Below, in pieces: positions 36,701 to 51,900 of a stretch of DNA of 64,000 bases (within the stretch, counting starts at the first letter, position 1; each line of letters opens with the position of its first letter). Source of the DNA: Eledone cirrhosa (lineage: Eukaryota). The notes beneath the pieces were generated by a model, which had not been told where the DNA came from, did not search any database, and worked only from the letters and a program-made list of their open reading frames with translations. The stretch is from the NCBI GenBank assembly GCA_964016885.1, contig OZ024742.1, positions 165,540,001 to 165,604,000 of the forward strand, written 5' to 3'. The translations under genes and the position numbers were made by a program.

Positions 36701-39700
36701 CCCCCTGATTTTTTTACAAATTATCTCCCCTTGGCTGGCTGGAAATTATCTCCCCTTGGAGGCTGGAATTTATCTCCCATTGGACGGCTAGAAATTACCT
36801 CTCCTTGGAAGGCTGGAAAATATTTCTCCTTGGACGGCTGGATATTATCTACCCTTGGACGGGTGGAAATTATCTCCCCTTGGACGGCTGGAAATTATCT
36901 CCCCTTGGACAGCTAGATATTACCTCCCCTTGGACGGCTGGAAATTATCTCCCCTTGATTTTTTTTACAAATTATCTCCCCCTGATTTTTTTTACAAATT
37001 ATCTCCACCTGATTTTTTTACAAATTATCTCCCCCTGATTTTTTTTACAAATTATCTCCCCCTGATTTTTTTACAAATTATCTCCCCTTGGCTGGCTGGA
37101 AATTATCTCCCCTTGGAGGCTGGAATTTATCTCCCCTTGGACGGCTGGAAATTATCTCCCCTTGATTTTTTTTACAAATTATCTACCCCTGATTTTTTTT
37201 ACAAATTATCTCCCCCTGATTTTTTTTACAAATTATCTCCCCCTGATTTTTTTACAAATTATCTCCCCCTGATTTTTTTACAAATTATCTCCCCCTGATT
37301 TTTTTTTACAAATTATCTACGCCTAATTTTTTTTACAAATTATCTCCCCCTGATTTTTTTTTACAAATTATCTCCCCCTGATTTTTTTTTACAAATTATC
37401 TCCCCCTGATTTTTTTTTACAAATTATCTCCCCCTGATTTTTTTACAAATTATCTCCCCCCTGATTTTTATTACAATCTCCGCCTGATTTTTTAAAAAAT
37501 TATCTTCCCTTGGCTGGCGGGAAATTATCTTCCCTTGGACGGCTGGAAATTATATCCCCTTGGAAGGATGGAAATTATCTCCCCTTGGACGGCTGGAAAT
37601 TATCTCCCCTTGGACGGCTGGAAATTATCTCCCCTTGGACAGCTGGAAATTATCTGCCCTTGATTTTGTTTTTACAAATTATCTCCCCCTGATTTTTTTT
37701 ACAAATTATCTCCACCTGATTTTTTAAAAAATTATCTCCCCTTGGACGGCTGGAAATTATCTCCCCTTGGCTGGAAATTATCTCCCCTTGGACGGCTAGA
37801 AATTATCTCTCTTTGAACGGCTGGAAATTATCTGCCTTTGATTTTTTTTACAAATTATCTCCCCCTGATTTTTTTTTACAAATTATCTCACCCTGATTTT
37901 TTTTACAAATTATCTCCCTCTGATTTTTTTACAAATTATCTCCCCTTGGCTGGCTGGAAATTATCTCCCCTTGGAGGCTGGAATTTATCTCCCCTTGGAC
38001 GGCTAGAAATTACCTCTCCTTGGACGGCTGGAAAATATGTCTCCTTGGACGGCTGGATATTATCTACCCTTGGACGGCTGGAAATTATCTCCCCTTGGAC
38101 GGCTGGAAATTATCTCCCCTTGGACGGCTAGATATTACCTCCCCTTGGACGGCTGGAAATTATCTCCCCTTGATTTTTTTACAAATTATCTCCCCCTGAT
38201 TTTTTTACAAATTATCTCCCCCTGATTTTTTTTACAAATTATCTCCGCCTAATTTTTTTAAATATTATCTTCCCTTGGCTGGCGGGAAATTATCTCCCCT
38301 TGGACGGCTGAAAATTATCTCCCCTTGGACGGCTGGAAATTATCTCCCCTTGATTTTTTTTACAAATTATCTGCCCCTGATTTTTTTTTACAAATTATCT
38401 CCCCCTGATTTTTTTTACAAATTATCTCCCCCTGATTTTTTTACAAATTATCTCCCCTTGGCTGGCTGGAAATTATCTCCCCTTGGAGGCTGGAATTTAT
38501 CTCCCCTTGGACGGCTAGAAATTACCTCTCCTTGGACGGCTGGAAAATATGTCCTTGGACGGCTGGATATTATCTACCCTTGGACGGCTGGAAATTATCT
38601 CCCCTTGGACGGCTGGAAATTATCTCCCCTTGGACGGCTAGATATTACCTCCCCTTGGACGGCTGGAAATTATCTCCCCTTGATTTTTTTTACAAATTAT
38701 CTCCCCCTGATTTTTTTTTACAAATTATCTCCCCCTGATTTTTTTTTACAAATTATCTACCCCTGATTTTTTTTTACAAATTATCTCCCCCTGATTTTTT
38801 TTACAAATTATCTCCCCCTGATTTTTTTTTACAAATTATCTCCCCCTGATTTTTTTTTACAAATTATCTACCCCTGATTTTTTTTACAAATTATCTCCCC
38901 CTGATTTTTTTTACAAATTATCTCCCCCTGATTTTGTTTACAAATTATCTCCCCCTGATTTTTTTACAAATTATCTCCCCCTGATTTTTTTTACAAATTA
39001 TCTCCGCCTAATTTTTTTAAATATTATCTTCCCTTGGCTGGCGGGAAATTATCTCCCCTTGGACGGCTGAAAATTATCTCTCCTTGGACGGCTGGAAATT
39101 ATCTCCCCTTGATTTTTTTTACAAATTATCTCCCCCTGATTATTTTTTACAAATTATCTCCCCCTGATTTTTTTTTACAAATTATCTCCCCCTGATTTTT
39201 TTTACAAATTATCTCCCCCTGATTTTTTTACAAATTATCTCCCCTTGGCTGGCTGGAAATTATCTCCCCTTGGAGGCTGGAATTTATCTCCCCTTGGACG
39301 GTTAGAAATTACCTCTCCTTGGACGGCTGGAAAATATGTCTCCTTGGACGGCTGGAAATTATCGCCCCTTGGACGGCTGGAAATTATCTCCCCTTGGACG
39401 GCTGGAAATTATCTCTCCTCGGACGGCTAGAAATTACCTCTCCTTGGACAGCTGAAAATTATCTCCCCTTGGACGGCTGGAAATTATCTCCCCTTGATTT
39501 TTTTTACAAATTATCTCCCCCTGATTTTTTTTTACAAATTATCTCCCCCTGATTTTTTTTTACAAATTATCTCCCCCTGATTTTTTTTTACAAATTATCT
39601 CCCCCTGATATTTTTTACAAACTATCTCCCCCTGATTTTTTTACAAATTATCTCCCCTTGGCTGGCTGGAAATTATCTCCCCTTGGAGGCTGGAATTTAT

Positions 39701-42700
39701 CTCCCCTTAGACGGCTAGAAATTACCTCGCCTTGGACGGCTGGAAAATATGTCTCCTTGGACGGCTGGAAATTATCTCCCCTTGGACGGCTGGAAATTAT
39801 CTCCCCTTGGACGGCTGGAAATTATCTCCCCTTGGACGGCTAGATATTACCTCCCCTTGGACGGCTGGAAATTATCTCCCCTTGATTTTTTTTACAAATT
39901 ATCTCCCCCTGATTTTTTTTTACAAATTATCTCCCCCTGATTTTTTTTCACGAATTATCTCCCCCCGATTTTTTTTTACAAATTATCTCCGCCTGATTTT
40001 TTAAAAAAAATTATCTCCCCTTGAACGGCTGGAAATTATCTCCCCTTGGACGGCTGGAAATTATCTCCCCTTGGACGGCTAGAAATTACCTCTCCTTGGA
40101 CGGCTGAAAATTATCTCCCCTTGGACGGCTGCAAATTATCTCCCCTTGATTTTTTAACAAATTATCTCCCCCTGATTTTTTTTTACAAATTATCTCCCCC
40201 TGATTTTTTTTTACAAATTATCTCCCCCTGATTTTTTTACAAATTATCTCCCCCTGATTTTTTTTACAATCTCCGCCTGATTTTTTTAAAAATTATCTTC
40301 CCTTGGCTGGCGGGAAATTATCTCCCCTTGGACGGCTGGAAATTATATCCCCTTGGAAGGATGGAAATTATCTCCCCTTGGACGGCTGGAAATTATCTCC
40401 CCTTGGACGGCTGGAAATTATCTCCCCTTGGACAGCTGGAAATTATCTGCCCTTGATTTTGTTTTTACAAATTATCTCCCCCTGATTTTTTTTACAAATT
40501 ATCTCCACCTGATTTTTTAAAAAATTATCTCCCCTTGGACGGCTGGAAATTATCTCCCCTTGATTTTTTTACAAATTATCTCCCCCTGATTTTTTTTACA
40601 AATTATCTCCCCCTGATTTTTTGTTACAAATTATCTCCCCCTGATTTTTTTAAAAATTATCTCCCCCTGATTTTTTTTACAAATTATCTCCGCCTGATTT
40701 TTTTAAATATTATCTTCCCTTGGCTGGCGGGAAATTATCTCCCCTTGGACGGCTGAAAATTATCTCCCCTTGGACGGCTGGAAATTATCTCCCCTTGATT
40801 TTTTTACAAATTATCTCCCCCTGATTTTTTTTTACAAATTATCTCCCCCTGATTTGTTTTACAAATTATCTCCCCCTGATTTTTTTTTACAAATTATCTC
40901 CCCCTGATTTTTTTACAAATTATCTCCCCTTGGCTAGCTGGAAATTATCTCCCCTTGGAGGCTGGAATTTATCTCCCCTTGGACGGCTAGAAATTACCTC
41001 TCCTTGGACGGCTGGAAAATATGTCTCCTTGGACGGCTGGATATTATCTACCCTTGGACGGCTGGAAATTATCTCCCCTTGGACGGCTGGAAATTATCTC
41101 CCCTTGGACGGCTAGATATTACCTCCCCTTGGACGGCTGGAAATTATCTCCCCTTGATTTTTTTTACAAATTATCTCCCCCTGATTTTTTTTTACGAATT
41201 ATCTCCCCCTGATTTTTTTTTACAAATTATCTCCGCCTGATTTTTTTTTAAAATTATCTCCCCTTGAACGGCTGGAAATTATCTCCCCTTGGACGGCTGG
41301 AAATTATCTCCCCTTGGACGGCTAGAAATTACCTCTCCTTGGACGGCTGAAAATTATCTCCCCTTGGACGGCTGCAAATTATCTCCCCTTGATTTTTTTA
41401 ACAAATTATCTCCCCCTGATTTTTTTTTACAAATTATCTCCCCCTGATTTTTTTTTACAAATTATCTACGCCTAATTTTTTTTACAAATTATCTCCCCCT
41501 GATTTTTTTTTACAAATTATCTCCCCCTGATTTTTTTTACAAATTATCTCCCCCTGATTTTTTTTTACAAATTATCTCCCCCTGATTTTTTTACAAATTA
41601 TCTCCCCCCTGAATTTTTTTACAATCTCCGCCTGATTTTTTAAAAAATTATCTTCCCTTGGCTGGCAGGAAATTATCTCCCCTTGGTCGGCTGGAAATTA
41701 TATCCCCTTGGAAGGATGGAAATTATCTCCCCTTGGACGGCTGGAAATTATCTCCCCTTGGACGGCTGGAAATTACCTCCCCTTGGACAGCTGGAAATTA
41801 TCTGCCCTTGATTTTGTTTTTACAAATTATCTCCCCCTGATTTTTTTTACAAATTATCTCCACCTGATTTTTTAAAAAATTATCTCCCCTTGATTTTTTT
41901 ACAAATTATCTCCCCCTGATTTTTTTTACAAATTATCTCCCCCTGATTTTTTTTTTACAAATTATCTCCCCCTGATTTTTTTACAAATTATCTCCCCCTG
42001 ATTTTTTTTACAAATTATCTCCGCCTGATTTTTTTTACAAATTATCTCCCCTTGGCTGGCTGGAAATTATCTCCCCTTGGAGGCTGGAATTTATCTCCCC
42101 TTGGACGGCTAGAAATTACCTCTCCTTGGACGGCTGGAAAATATGTCCTTGGACGGCTGGATATTATCTACCCTTGGACGGCTGGAAATTATCTCCCCTT
42201 GGACGGCTGGAAATTATCTACCCTTGGAGGCTGGAATTTATCTCCCCTTGGACGGCTAGAAATTACCTCTCCTTGGACGGCTGGAAAATATGTCCTTGGA
42301 CGGCTGGATATTACCTCCCCTTGGACGGCTGGAAATTATCTCCCCTTGATTTTTTTTACAAATTATCTCCCCCTGATTTTTTTTACAAATCTAAAGATTT
42401 TAAAAAAAAAATTATCTCCCCTTCGCTGGCTGGAAATTATCTCCCCTTCGCTGGCTGGAAATTATCTCCCCTTGGACGCTGGAAATTATAGCCCCTTGGA
42501 GGGCTGGAAATTATCTTCCCTTGGACGGCTGGAAATTATCTCCCCTTGGCTCGAAATTATCTCCCCTTGGACGGCTAGAAATTATCTCTCTTTGGACGGC
42601 TGGAAATTATCTCCCTTTGATTTTTTTTACAAATTATCTCCCCCTGATTTTTTTTACAAATCTCCCCCTGATTTTTTAAAAAAAATTATCTCCCCTTCGC

Positions 42701-42719
42701 TGGCTGGAAATTATCTCCC

Positions 42720-45700
42720 CTTGGACACTGGAAATTATAGCCCCTTGGAGGGCTGGAAATTATCTTCCCTTGGACGGCTGGAAATTATCTCTGCTTGATT
42801 TTTTTTACAAATTATCTCCCCCTGATTTTTTTTTACAAATTATCCCCCCCGATTTTTTTTACAAATTATCTCCCCCTGATTTTTTTTACAAATTATCTCC
42901 CCTTGGACGGCTGGAAATTATCTCCCCTTGGACGGCTGGAAATTATCTCCCCTTGGACGGCTAGAAATTACCTCTCCTTGGACGACTGAAAATTATCTCC
43001 CCTTGGACGGCTGCAAATTATCTCCCCTTGATTTTTTTTACAAATTATCTCCGCCTGATTTTTTTTTTAAAATTATCTCCCCTTGGACGGCTGGAAATTA
43101 CCTCCCCTTGGACGGCTGGAAATTATCTCCCCTTGGACGGCTAGAAATTACCTCTCATTGGACGGCTGAAAATTATCTCCCCTTGGACGGCTGGAAATTA
43201 TCTCCCCTTGATTTTTTTTACAAATTATCTCCCCCTGATTTTTTTTTACAAATTATCTCCCCCTGATTTTTTTTTTACAAATTATCTCCGCCTGATTTTT
43301 TTTTAAAATTATCTCTCCTTGGACGGCTGGATATTATCTCCCCTTTCATTTTTTTTACAAATTATCTCCCCCTGATTTTTTTTTACAAATTATCTCCCCC
43401 TGATTTTTTTTTTACAAATTATCTACCCCTAATTTTTTTTTACAAATTATCTCCCCCTGATTTTTTTTACAAATTATCTCCCCCTGATTTTTTTTTTACA
43501 AATTATCTCCCCCTGATTTTTTTACAAATTATCTCCCCCTGATTTTTTTTACAAATTATCTCCGCCTGATTTTTTTAAATATTATCTTCTCTTGGCTGGC
43601 GGGAAATTATCTCCCCTTGGACGGCTGAAAATTATCTCCCCTTGGACGGCTGGAAATTATCTCCCCTTGATTTTTTTTACAAATTATCTCCCCCTGATTT
43701 TTTTTTACAAATTATCTCCCCCTGATTTTTTTTACAAATTATCTCCCCCTGATTTTTTTTTACAAATTATCTCCCCCTGATTTTTTTTACAAATTATCTC
43801 CCCCTGATTTTTTTACAAATTATCTCCCCTTGGCTGGCTGGAAATTATCTCCCCTTGGAGGCTGGAATTTATCTCCCCTTGGACGGCTAGAAATTACCTC
43901 TCCTTGGACGGCTGGAAAATATGTCCTTGGACGGCTGGATATTATCTACCCTTGGACGGCTGGAAATTATCTCCCCTTGGACGGCTGGAAATTATCTCCC
44001 CTTGGACGGCTAGATATTACCTCCCCTTGGACGGCTGGAAATTATCTCCCCTTGATTTTTTTTACAAATTATCCCCCCCTGATTTTTTTTTACAAATTAT
44101 CTCCCCCTGATTTTTTTTTACAAATTATCTACCCCTGATTTTTTTTTACAAATTATCTCCCCCTAATTTTTTTTACAAATTATCTCTCCCTGATTTTTTT
44201 TTACAAATTATCTCCCCCTGATTTTTTTTTTAAAATTATCTACCCCTGATTTTTTTTACAAATTATCTCCCCCTGATTTTTTTTACAAATTATCTCCCCC
44301 TGATTTTTTTTACAAATTATCTCCCCCTGATTTTTTTACAAATTATCTCCCCCCGATTTTTTTTACAAATTATCTCCGCCTAATTTTTTTAAATATTATC
44401 TTCCCTTGGCTGGCGGGAAATTATCTCCCCTTGGACGGCTGAAAATTATCTCCCCTTGGACGGCTGGAAATTATCTCCCCTTGATTTTTTTACAAATTAT
44501 CTCCCCCTGATTATTTTTTACAAATTATCTCCCCCTGATTTTTTTTTACAAATTATCTCCCTCTGATTTTTTTTACAAATTATCTCCCCTTGGCTGGCTG
44601 GAAATTATCTCCCCTTGGAGGCTGGAATTTATCTCCACTTGGACGGTTAGAAATTACCTCTCCTTGGACTGCTGGAAAATATGTCTCCTTGGACGGCTGG
44701 AAATTATCTCCCCTTGGACGGCTGGAAATTATCTCCCCTTGGACGGCTGGAAATTATCTCTCCTCGGACGACTAGAAATTACCTCTCCTTGGACAGCTGA
44801 AAATTATCTCCCCTTGGACGGCTGGAAATTATCTCCCCTTGATTTTTTTTACAAATTATCTCCCCCCGATTTTTTTTTACAAATTATCTCCCCCTGATTT
44901 TTTTTTACAAATTATCTCCCCCTGATTTTTTTTACAAATTATCTCCCCCTGATATTTTTTACAAATTATCTCCCCCTGATTTTTTTACAAATTATCTCCC
45001 CTTGGCTGGCTGGAAATTATCTCCCCTTGGAGGCTGGAATTTATCTCCCCTTGGACGGCTAGAAATTACCTCGCCTTGGACGGCTGGAAAATATGTCTCC
45101 TTGGACGGCTGGAAATTATCTCCCCTTGGACGGCTGGAAATTATCTCCCCTTGGACGGCTGGAAATTATCTCCCCTTGGACGGCTAGATATTACCTCCCC
45201 TTGGACGGCTGGAAATTATCTCCCCTTGATTTTTTTTACAAATTATCTCCCCCTGATTTTTTTTTAAAATTATCTCCCCTTGAACGGCTGGAAATTATCT
45301 CCCCTTGGACGGCTGGAAATTATCTCCCCTTGGACGGCTAGAAATTACCTCTCCTTGGACGGCTGAAAATTATCTCCCCTTGGACGGCTGCAAATTATCT
45401 CCCCTTGATTTTTTAACAAATTATCTCCCCCTGATTTTTTTTTACAAATTATCTCCCCCTGATTTTTTTTTACAAATTATCTACGCCTAATTTTTTTTAC
45501 AAATTATCTCCCCCTGATTTTTTTTTACAAATTATCTCCCCCTGATTTTTTTTACAAATTATCTCCCCCTGATTTTTTTTTACAAATTATTTCCCCCTGA
45601 TTTTTTTACAAATTATCTCCCCCCTGATTTTTTTTACAATCTCCGCCTGATTTTTTTAAAAATTATCTTGCCTTGGCTGGCGGGAAATTATCTCCCCTTG

Positions 45701-48700
45701 GACGGCTGGAAATTATATCCCCTTGGACGGCTGGAAATTACCTCCCCTTGGACAGCTGGAAATTATCTGCCCTTGATTTTGTTTTTACAAATTATCTCCC
45801 CCTGATTTTTTTTACAAATTATCTCCACCTGATTTTTTAAAAAATTATCTCCCCTTGGACGGCTGGAAATTATCTCCCCTTGATTTTTTTACAAATTATC
45901 TCCCCCTGATTTTTTTTACAAATTATCTCCCCCTGATTTTTTTTTACAAATTATCTCCCCCTGATTTTTTTACAAATTATCTCCCCCTGATTTTTTTTAC
46001 AAATTATCTCCGCCTGATTTTTTTAAATATTATCTTCCCTTGGCTGGCGGGAAATTATCTCCCCTTGGACGGCTGATAATTATCTCCCCTTGGACGGCTG
46101 GAAATTATCTCCCCTTGATTTTTTTTACAAATTATCTCCCCCTGATTTTTTTTTACAAATTATCTCCCCCTGATTTTTTTTACAAATTATCTCCGCCTGA
46201 TTTTTTTAAATATTATCTTCCCTTGGCTGGCTGGAAATTATCTCCCCTTGGAGGCTGGAATTTATCTCCCCTTGGACGGCTAGAAATTACCTCTCCTTGG
46301 ACGGCTGGAAAATATTTCTCCTTGGACGGCTGGATATTATCTACCCTTGGACGGGTGGAAATTATCTCCCCTTGGACGGCTGGAAATTATCTCCCCTTGG
46401 ACGGCTAGATATTACCTCCCCTTGGACGACTGGAAATTATCTCCCCTTGATTTTTTTTACAAATTATCTCCCCCTGATTTTTTTTTTACAAATTATCTCC
46501 CCCTGATTTTTTTACAAATTATCTCCCCCTGATTTTTTTTACAAATTATCTCCGCCTGATTTTTTTAAATATTATCTTCTCTTGGCTGGCGGGAAATTAT
46601 CTCCCCTTGGACGGCTGAAAATTATCTCCCCTTGGACGGCTGGAAATTATCTCCCCTTGATTTTTTTTACAAATTATCTCCCCCTGATTTTTTTTAAAAA
46701 ATTATCTCCCCCTGATTTTTTTTTACAAATTATCTCCCCCTGATTTTTTTTTACAAATTATCTCCCCCTGATTTTTTTTACAAATTATCTCCCCCTGATT
46801 TTTTTACAAATTATCTCCCCTTGGCTGGCTGGAAATTATCTCCCCTTGGACACTGTAAATTATAGCCCCTTGGAGGGCTGGAAATTATCTTACCTTGGAC
46901 GGCTGGAAATTATCTCTGCTTGATTTTTTTTACAAATTATCTCCCCCTGATTTTTTTTTACAAATTATCCCCCCCGATTTTTTTTACAAATTATCTCCCC
47001 CTGATTTTTTTTACAAATTATCTCCCCTTGGACGGCTGGAAATTATCTCCCCTTGGACGGCTGGAAATTATCTCTCCTTGGACGGCTAGAAATTACCTCT
47101 CCTTGGACGACTGAAAATTATCTCCCCTTGGACGGCTGCAAATTATCTCCCCTTGATTTCTTTTACAAATTATCTCCGCCTGATTTTTTTTTTAAAATTA
47201 TCTCCCCTTGGACGGCTGGAAATTACCTCCCCTTGGACGGCTGGAAATTATCTCCCCTTGGACGGCTAGAAATTACCTCTCATTGGACGGCTGAAAATTA
47301 TCTCCCCTTGGACGGCTGGAAATTATCTCCCCTTGATTTTTTTTACAAATTATCTCCCCCTGATTTTTTTTTTACAAATTATCTCCGCCTGATTTTTTTT
47401 TTAAATTATCTCTCCTTGGACGGCTGGATATTATCTCCCCTTTCATTTTTTTTACAAATTATCTCCCCCTGATTTTTTTTTACAAATTATCTCCCCCTGA
47501 TTTTTTTTTACAAATTATCTACCCCTAATTTTTTTTTACAAATTATCTCCCCCTGATTTTTTTTACAAATTATCTCCCCCTGATTTTTTTTTTACAAATT
47601 ATCTCCCCCTGATTTTTTTACAAATTATCTCCCCCTGATTTTTTTTACAAATTATCTCCGCCTGATTTTTTTAAATATTATCTTCTCTTGGCTGGCGGGA
47701 AATTATCTCCCCTTGGACGGCTGAAAATTATCTCCCCTTGGACGGCTGGAAATTATCTCCCCTTGATTTTTTTTACAAATTATCTCCCCCTGATTTTTTT
47801 TTACAAATTATCTCCCCCTGATTTTTTTTTACAAATTATCTCCTCCTGATTTTTTTTTACAAATTATCTCCCCCTGATTTTTTTTACAAATTATCTCCCC
47901 CTGATTTTTTTACAAATTATCTCCCCTTGGCTGGCTGGAAATTATCTCCCCTTGGAGGCTGGAATTTATCTCCCCTTGGACGGCTAGAAATTACCTCTCC
48001 TTGGACGGCTGGAAAATATGTCCTTGGACGGCTGGATATTATCTACCCTTGGACGGCTGGAAATTATCTCCCCTTGGACGGCTGGAAATTATCTCCCCTT
48101 GGACGGCTAGATATTACCTCCCCTTGGACGGCTGGAAATTATCTCCCCTTGATTTTTTTTACAAATTATCTCCCCCTGATTTTTTTTTACAAATTATCTC
48201 CCCCTGATTTTTTTTTACAAATTATCTCCGCCTGATTTTTTTTTACAAATTATCTCCCCCTAATTTTTTTTACAAATTATCTCTCCCTGATCTTTTTTTA
48301 CAAATTATCTCCCCCTGATTTTTTTTTACCAATTATCTACCCCTGATTTTTTTTTACAAATTATCTCCCCCTTATTTTTTTTACAAATTATCTCCCCCTG
48401 ATTTTTTTTACAAATTATCTCCCCCTGATTTTTTTACAAATTATCTCCCCCCGATTTTTTTTACAAATTATATCCGCCTAATTTTTTAAATATTATCTAT
48501 CCTTGGCTGGCGGGAAATTATCTCCCCTTGGACGGCTGAAAATTTTCTCCCCTTGGACGGCTGGAAATTATCTCCCCTTGATTTTTTTACAAATTATCTC
48601 CCCCTGATTATTTTTTACAAATTATCTCCCCCTGATTTTTTTTTACAAATTATCTCCCTCTGATTTTTTTTACAAATTATCTCCCCTTGGCTGGCTGGAA

Positions 48701-48930
48701 ATTATCTCCCCTTGGAGGCTGGAATTTATCTCCCCTTGGACGGTTAGAAATTACCTCTCCTTGGACTGCTGGAAAATATGTCTCCTTGGACGGCTGGAAA
48801 TTATCTCCCCTTGGACGGCTGGAAATTATCTCCCCTTGGACGGCTGGAAATTATCTCTCCTCGGACGACTAGAAATTACCTCTCCTTGGACAGCTGAAAA
48901 TTATCTCCCCTTGGACGGCTGGAAATTATC
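42720..48930 (+). repeat. Older ~4.1-kb-period duplication (42720-44850 vs 46850-48930), largely nested in the 7.08-kb unit
   Basis: Landmarks 42770/46895 (4,125), 43830/47927 and 44590/48687 (4,097). It shows more substitutions than the 7-kb duplications. Confidence 0.8.
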
Positions 48931-51900
48931 TCCCCCTGATTTTTTTTATACAAATTATCTCCCCCTGATTTTTTTTACAAATTATCTCCCCCTGATTTTT
49001 TTTTACAAATTATTTCCCCCTGATTTTTTTACAAATTATCTCCCCCCTGATTTTTTTTACAATCTCCGCCTGATTTTTTTAAAAATTATCTTCCCTTGGC
49101 TGGCGGGAAATTATCTCCCCTTGGACGGCTGGAAATTATATCCCCTTGGAAGGATGGAAATTATCTCCCCTTGGACGGCTGGAAATTATCTCCCCTTGGA
49201 CGGCTGGAAATTATCTCCCCTTGGACAGCTGGAAATTATCTGTCCTTGATTTTGTTTTTACAAATTATCTCCCCCTGATTTTTTTTACAAATTATCTCCA
49301 CCTGATTTTTTAAAAAATTATCTCCCCTTGGACGGCTGGAAATTATCTCCCCTTGATTTTTTTTACAAATTATCTCCCCCTGATTTTTTTTACAAATTAT
49401 CTCCCCCTGATTTTTTTTTACAAATTATCTCCCCCTGATTTTTTTTTACAAATTATCTCCCCCTGATATTTTTTACAAATTATCTCCCCCTGATTTTTTT
49501 ACAAATTATCTCCCCTTGGCTGGCTGGAAATTATCTCCCCTTGGAGGCTGGAATTTATCTCCCCTTGGACGGCTAGAAATTACCTCGCCTTGGACGGCTG
49601 GAAAATATGTCTCCTTGGACGGCTGGAAATTATCTCCCCTTGGACGGCTGGAAATTATCTCCCCTTGGACAGCTGGAAATTATCTCCCCTTGGACGGCTA
49701 GATATTACCTCCCCTTGGACGGCTGGAAATTATCTCCCCTTGATTTTTTTTACAAATTATCTCCCCCTGATTTTTTTTTACAAATTATCTCCCCCTGATT
49801 TTTTTTACGAATTATCTCCCCCCGATTTTTTTTTACAAATTATCTCCGCCTGATTTTTTTTTAAAAATTATCTCCCCTTGAACGGCTGGAAATTATCTCC
49901 CCTTGGACGGCTGGAAATTATCTCCCCTTGGACGGCTAGAAATTACCTCTCCTTGGACGGCTGAAAATTATCTCCCCTTGGACGGCTGCAAATTATCTCC
50001 CCTTGATTTTTTAACAAATTATCTCCCCCTGATTTTTTTTTACAAATTATCTCCCCCTGATTTTTTTTTACAAATTATCTCCCCCTGATTTTTTTTTACA
50101 AATTATCTCCCCCTGATTTTTTTACAAATTATCTCCCCCTGATTTTTTTTACAATCTCCGCCTGATTTTTTAAAAAATTATCTTCCCTTGGCTGGCGGGA
50201 AATTATCTCCCCTTGGACGGCTGGAAATTATCTCCCCTTGGACGGCTGGAAATTATCTCCCCTTGGACAGCTGGAAATTATCTGCCCTTGATTTTGTTTT
50301 TACAAATTATCTCCCCCTGATTTTTTTTTACAAATTATCTCCCCCTGATTTTTTTTTTACAAATTATCTCCGCCTGATTTTTTTTTAAAATTATCTCTCC
50401 TTGGACGGCTGGATATTATCTCCCCTTTCATTTTTTTACAAATTATCTCCCCCTGATTTTTTTTTACAAATTATCTCCCCCTGATTTTTTTTTTACAAAT
50501 TATCTACCCCTAATTTTTTTTTACAAATTATCTCCCCCTGATTTTTTTTACAAATTATCTCCCCCTGATTTTTTTTTTACAAATTATCTCCCCCTGATTT
50601 TTTTACAAATTATCTCCCCCTGATTTTTTTTACAAATTATCTCCGCCTGATTTTTTTAAATATTATCTTCTCTTGGCTGGCGGGAAATTATCTCCCCTTG
50701 GACGGCTGAAAATTATCTCCCCTTGGACGGCTGGAAATTATCTCCCCTTGATTTTTTTTACAAATTATCTCCCCCTGATTTTTTTTTACAAATTATCTCC
50801 CCCTGATTTTTTTTACAAATTATCTCCCCCTGATTTTTTTTTACAAATTATCTCCCCCTGATTTTTTTTACAAATTATCTCCCCCTGATTTTTTTACAAA
50901 TTATCTCCCCTTGGCTGGCTGGAAATTATCTCCCCTTGGAGGCTGGAATTTATCTCCCCTTGGACGGCTAGAAATTACCTCTCCTTGGACGGCTGGAAAA
51001 TATGTCCTTGGACGGCTGGATATTATCTACCCTTGGACGGCTGGAAATTATCTCCCCTTGGACGGCTGGAAATTATCTCCCCTTGGACGGCTAGATATTA
51101 CCTCCCCTTGGACGGCTGGAAATTATCTCCCCTTGATTTTTTTTACAAATTATCCCCCCCTGATTTTTTTTTACAAATTATCTCCCCCTGATTTTTTTTT
51201 ACAAATTATCTACCCCTGATTTTTTTTTACAAATTATCTCCCCCTAATTTTTTTTACAAATTATCTCTCCCTGATTTTTTTTTACAAATTATCTCCCCCT
51301 GATTTTTTTTTTAAAATTATCTACCCCTGATTTTTTTTTACAAATTATCTCCCCCTGATTTTTTTTACAAATTATCTCCCCCTGATTTTTTTTACAAATT
51401 ATCTCCCCCTGATTTTTTTACAAATTATCTCCCCCCGATTTTTTTTACAAATTATCTCCGCCTAATTTTTTTAAATATTATCTTCCCTTGGCTGGCGGGA
51501 AATTATCTCCCCTTGGACGGCTGAAAATTATCTCCCCTTGGACGGCTGGAAATTATCTCCCCTTGATTTTTTTACAAATTATCTCCCCCTGATTATTTTT
51601 TACAAATTATCTCCCCCTGATTTTTTTTTACAAATTATCTCCCTCTGATTTTTTTTACAAATTATCTCCCCTTGGCTGGCTGGAAATTATCTCCCCTTGG
51701 AGGCTGGAATTTATCTCCACTTGGACGGTTAGAAATTACCTCTCCTTGGACTGCTGGAAAATATGTCTCCTTGGACGGCTGGAAATTATCTCCCCTTGGA
51801 CGGCTGGAAATTATCTCCCCTTGGACGGCTGGAAATTATCTCTCCTCGGACGACTAGAAATTACCTCTCCTTGGACAGCTGAAAATTATCTCCCCTTGGA

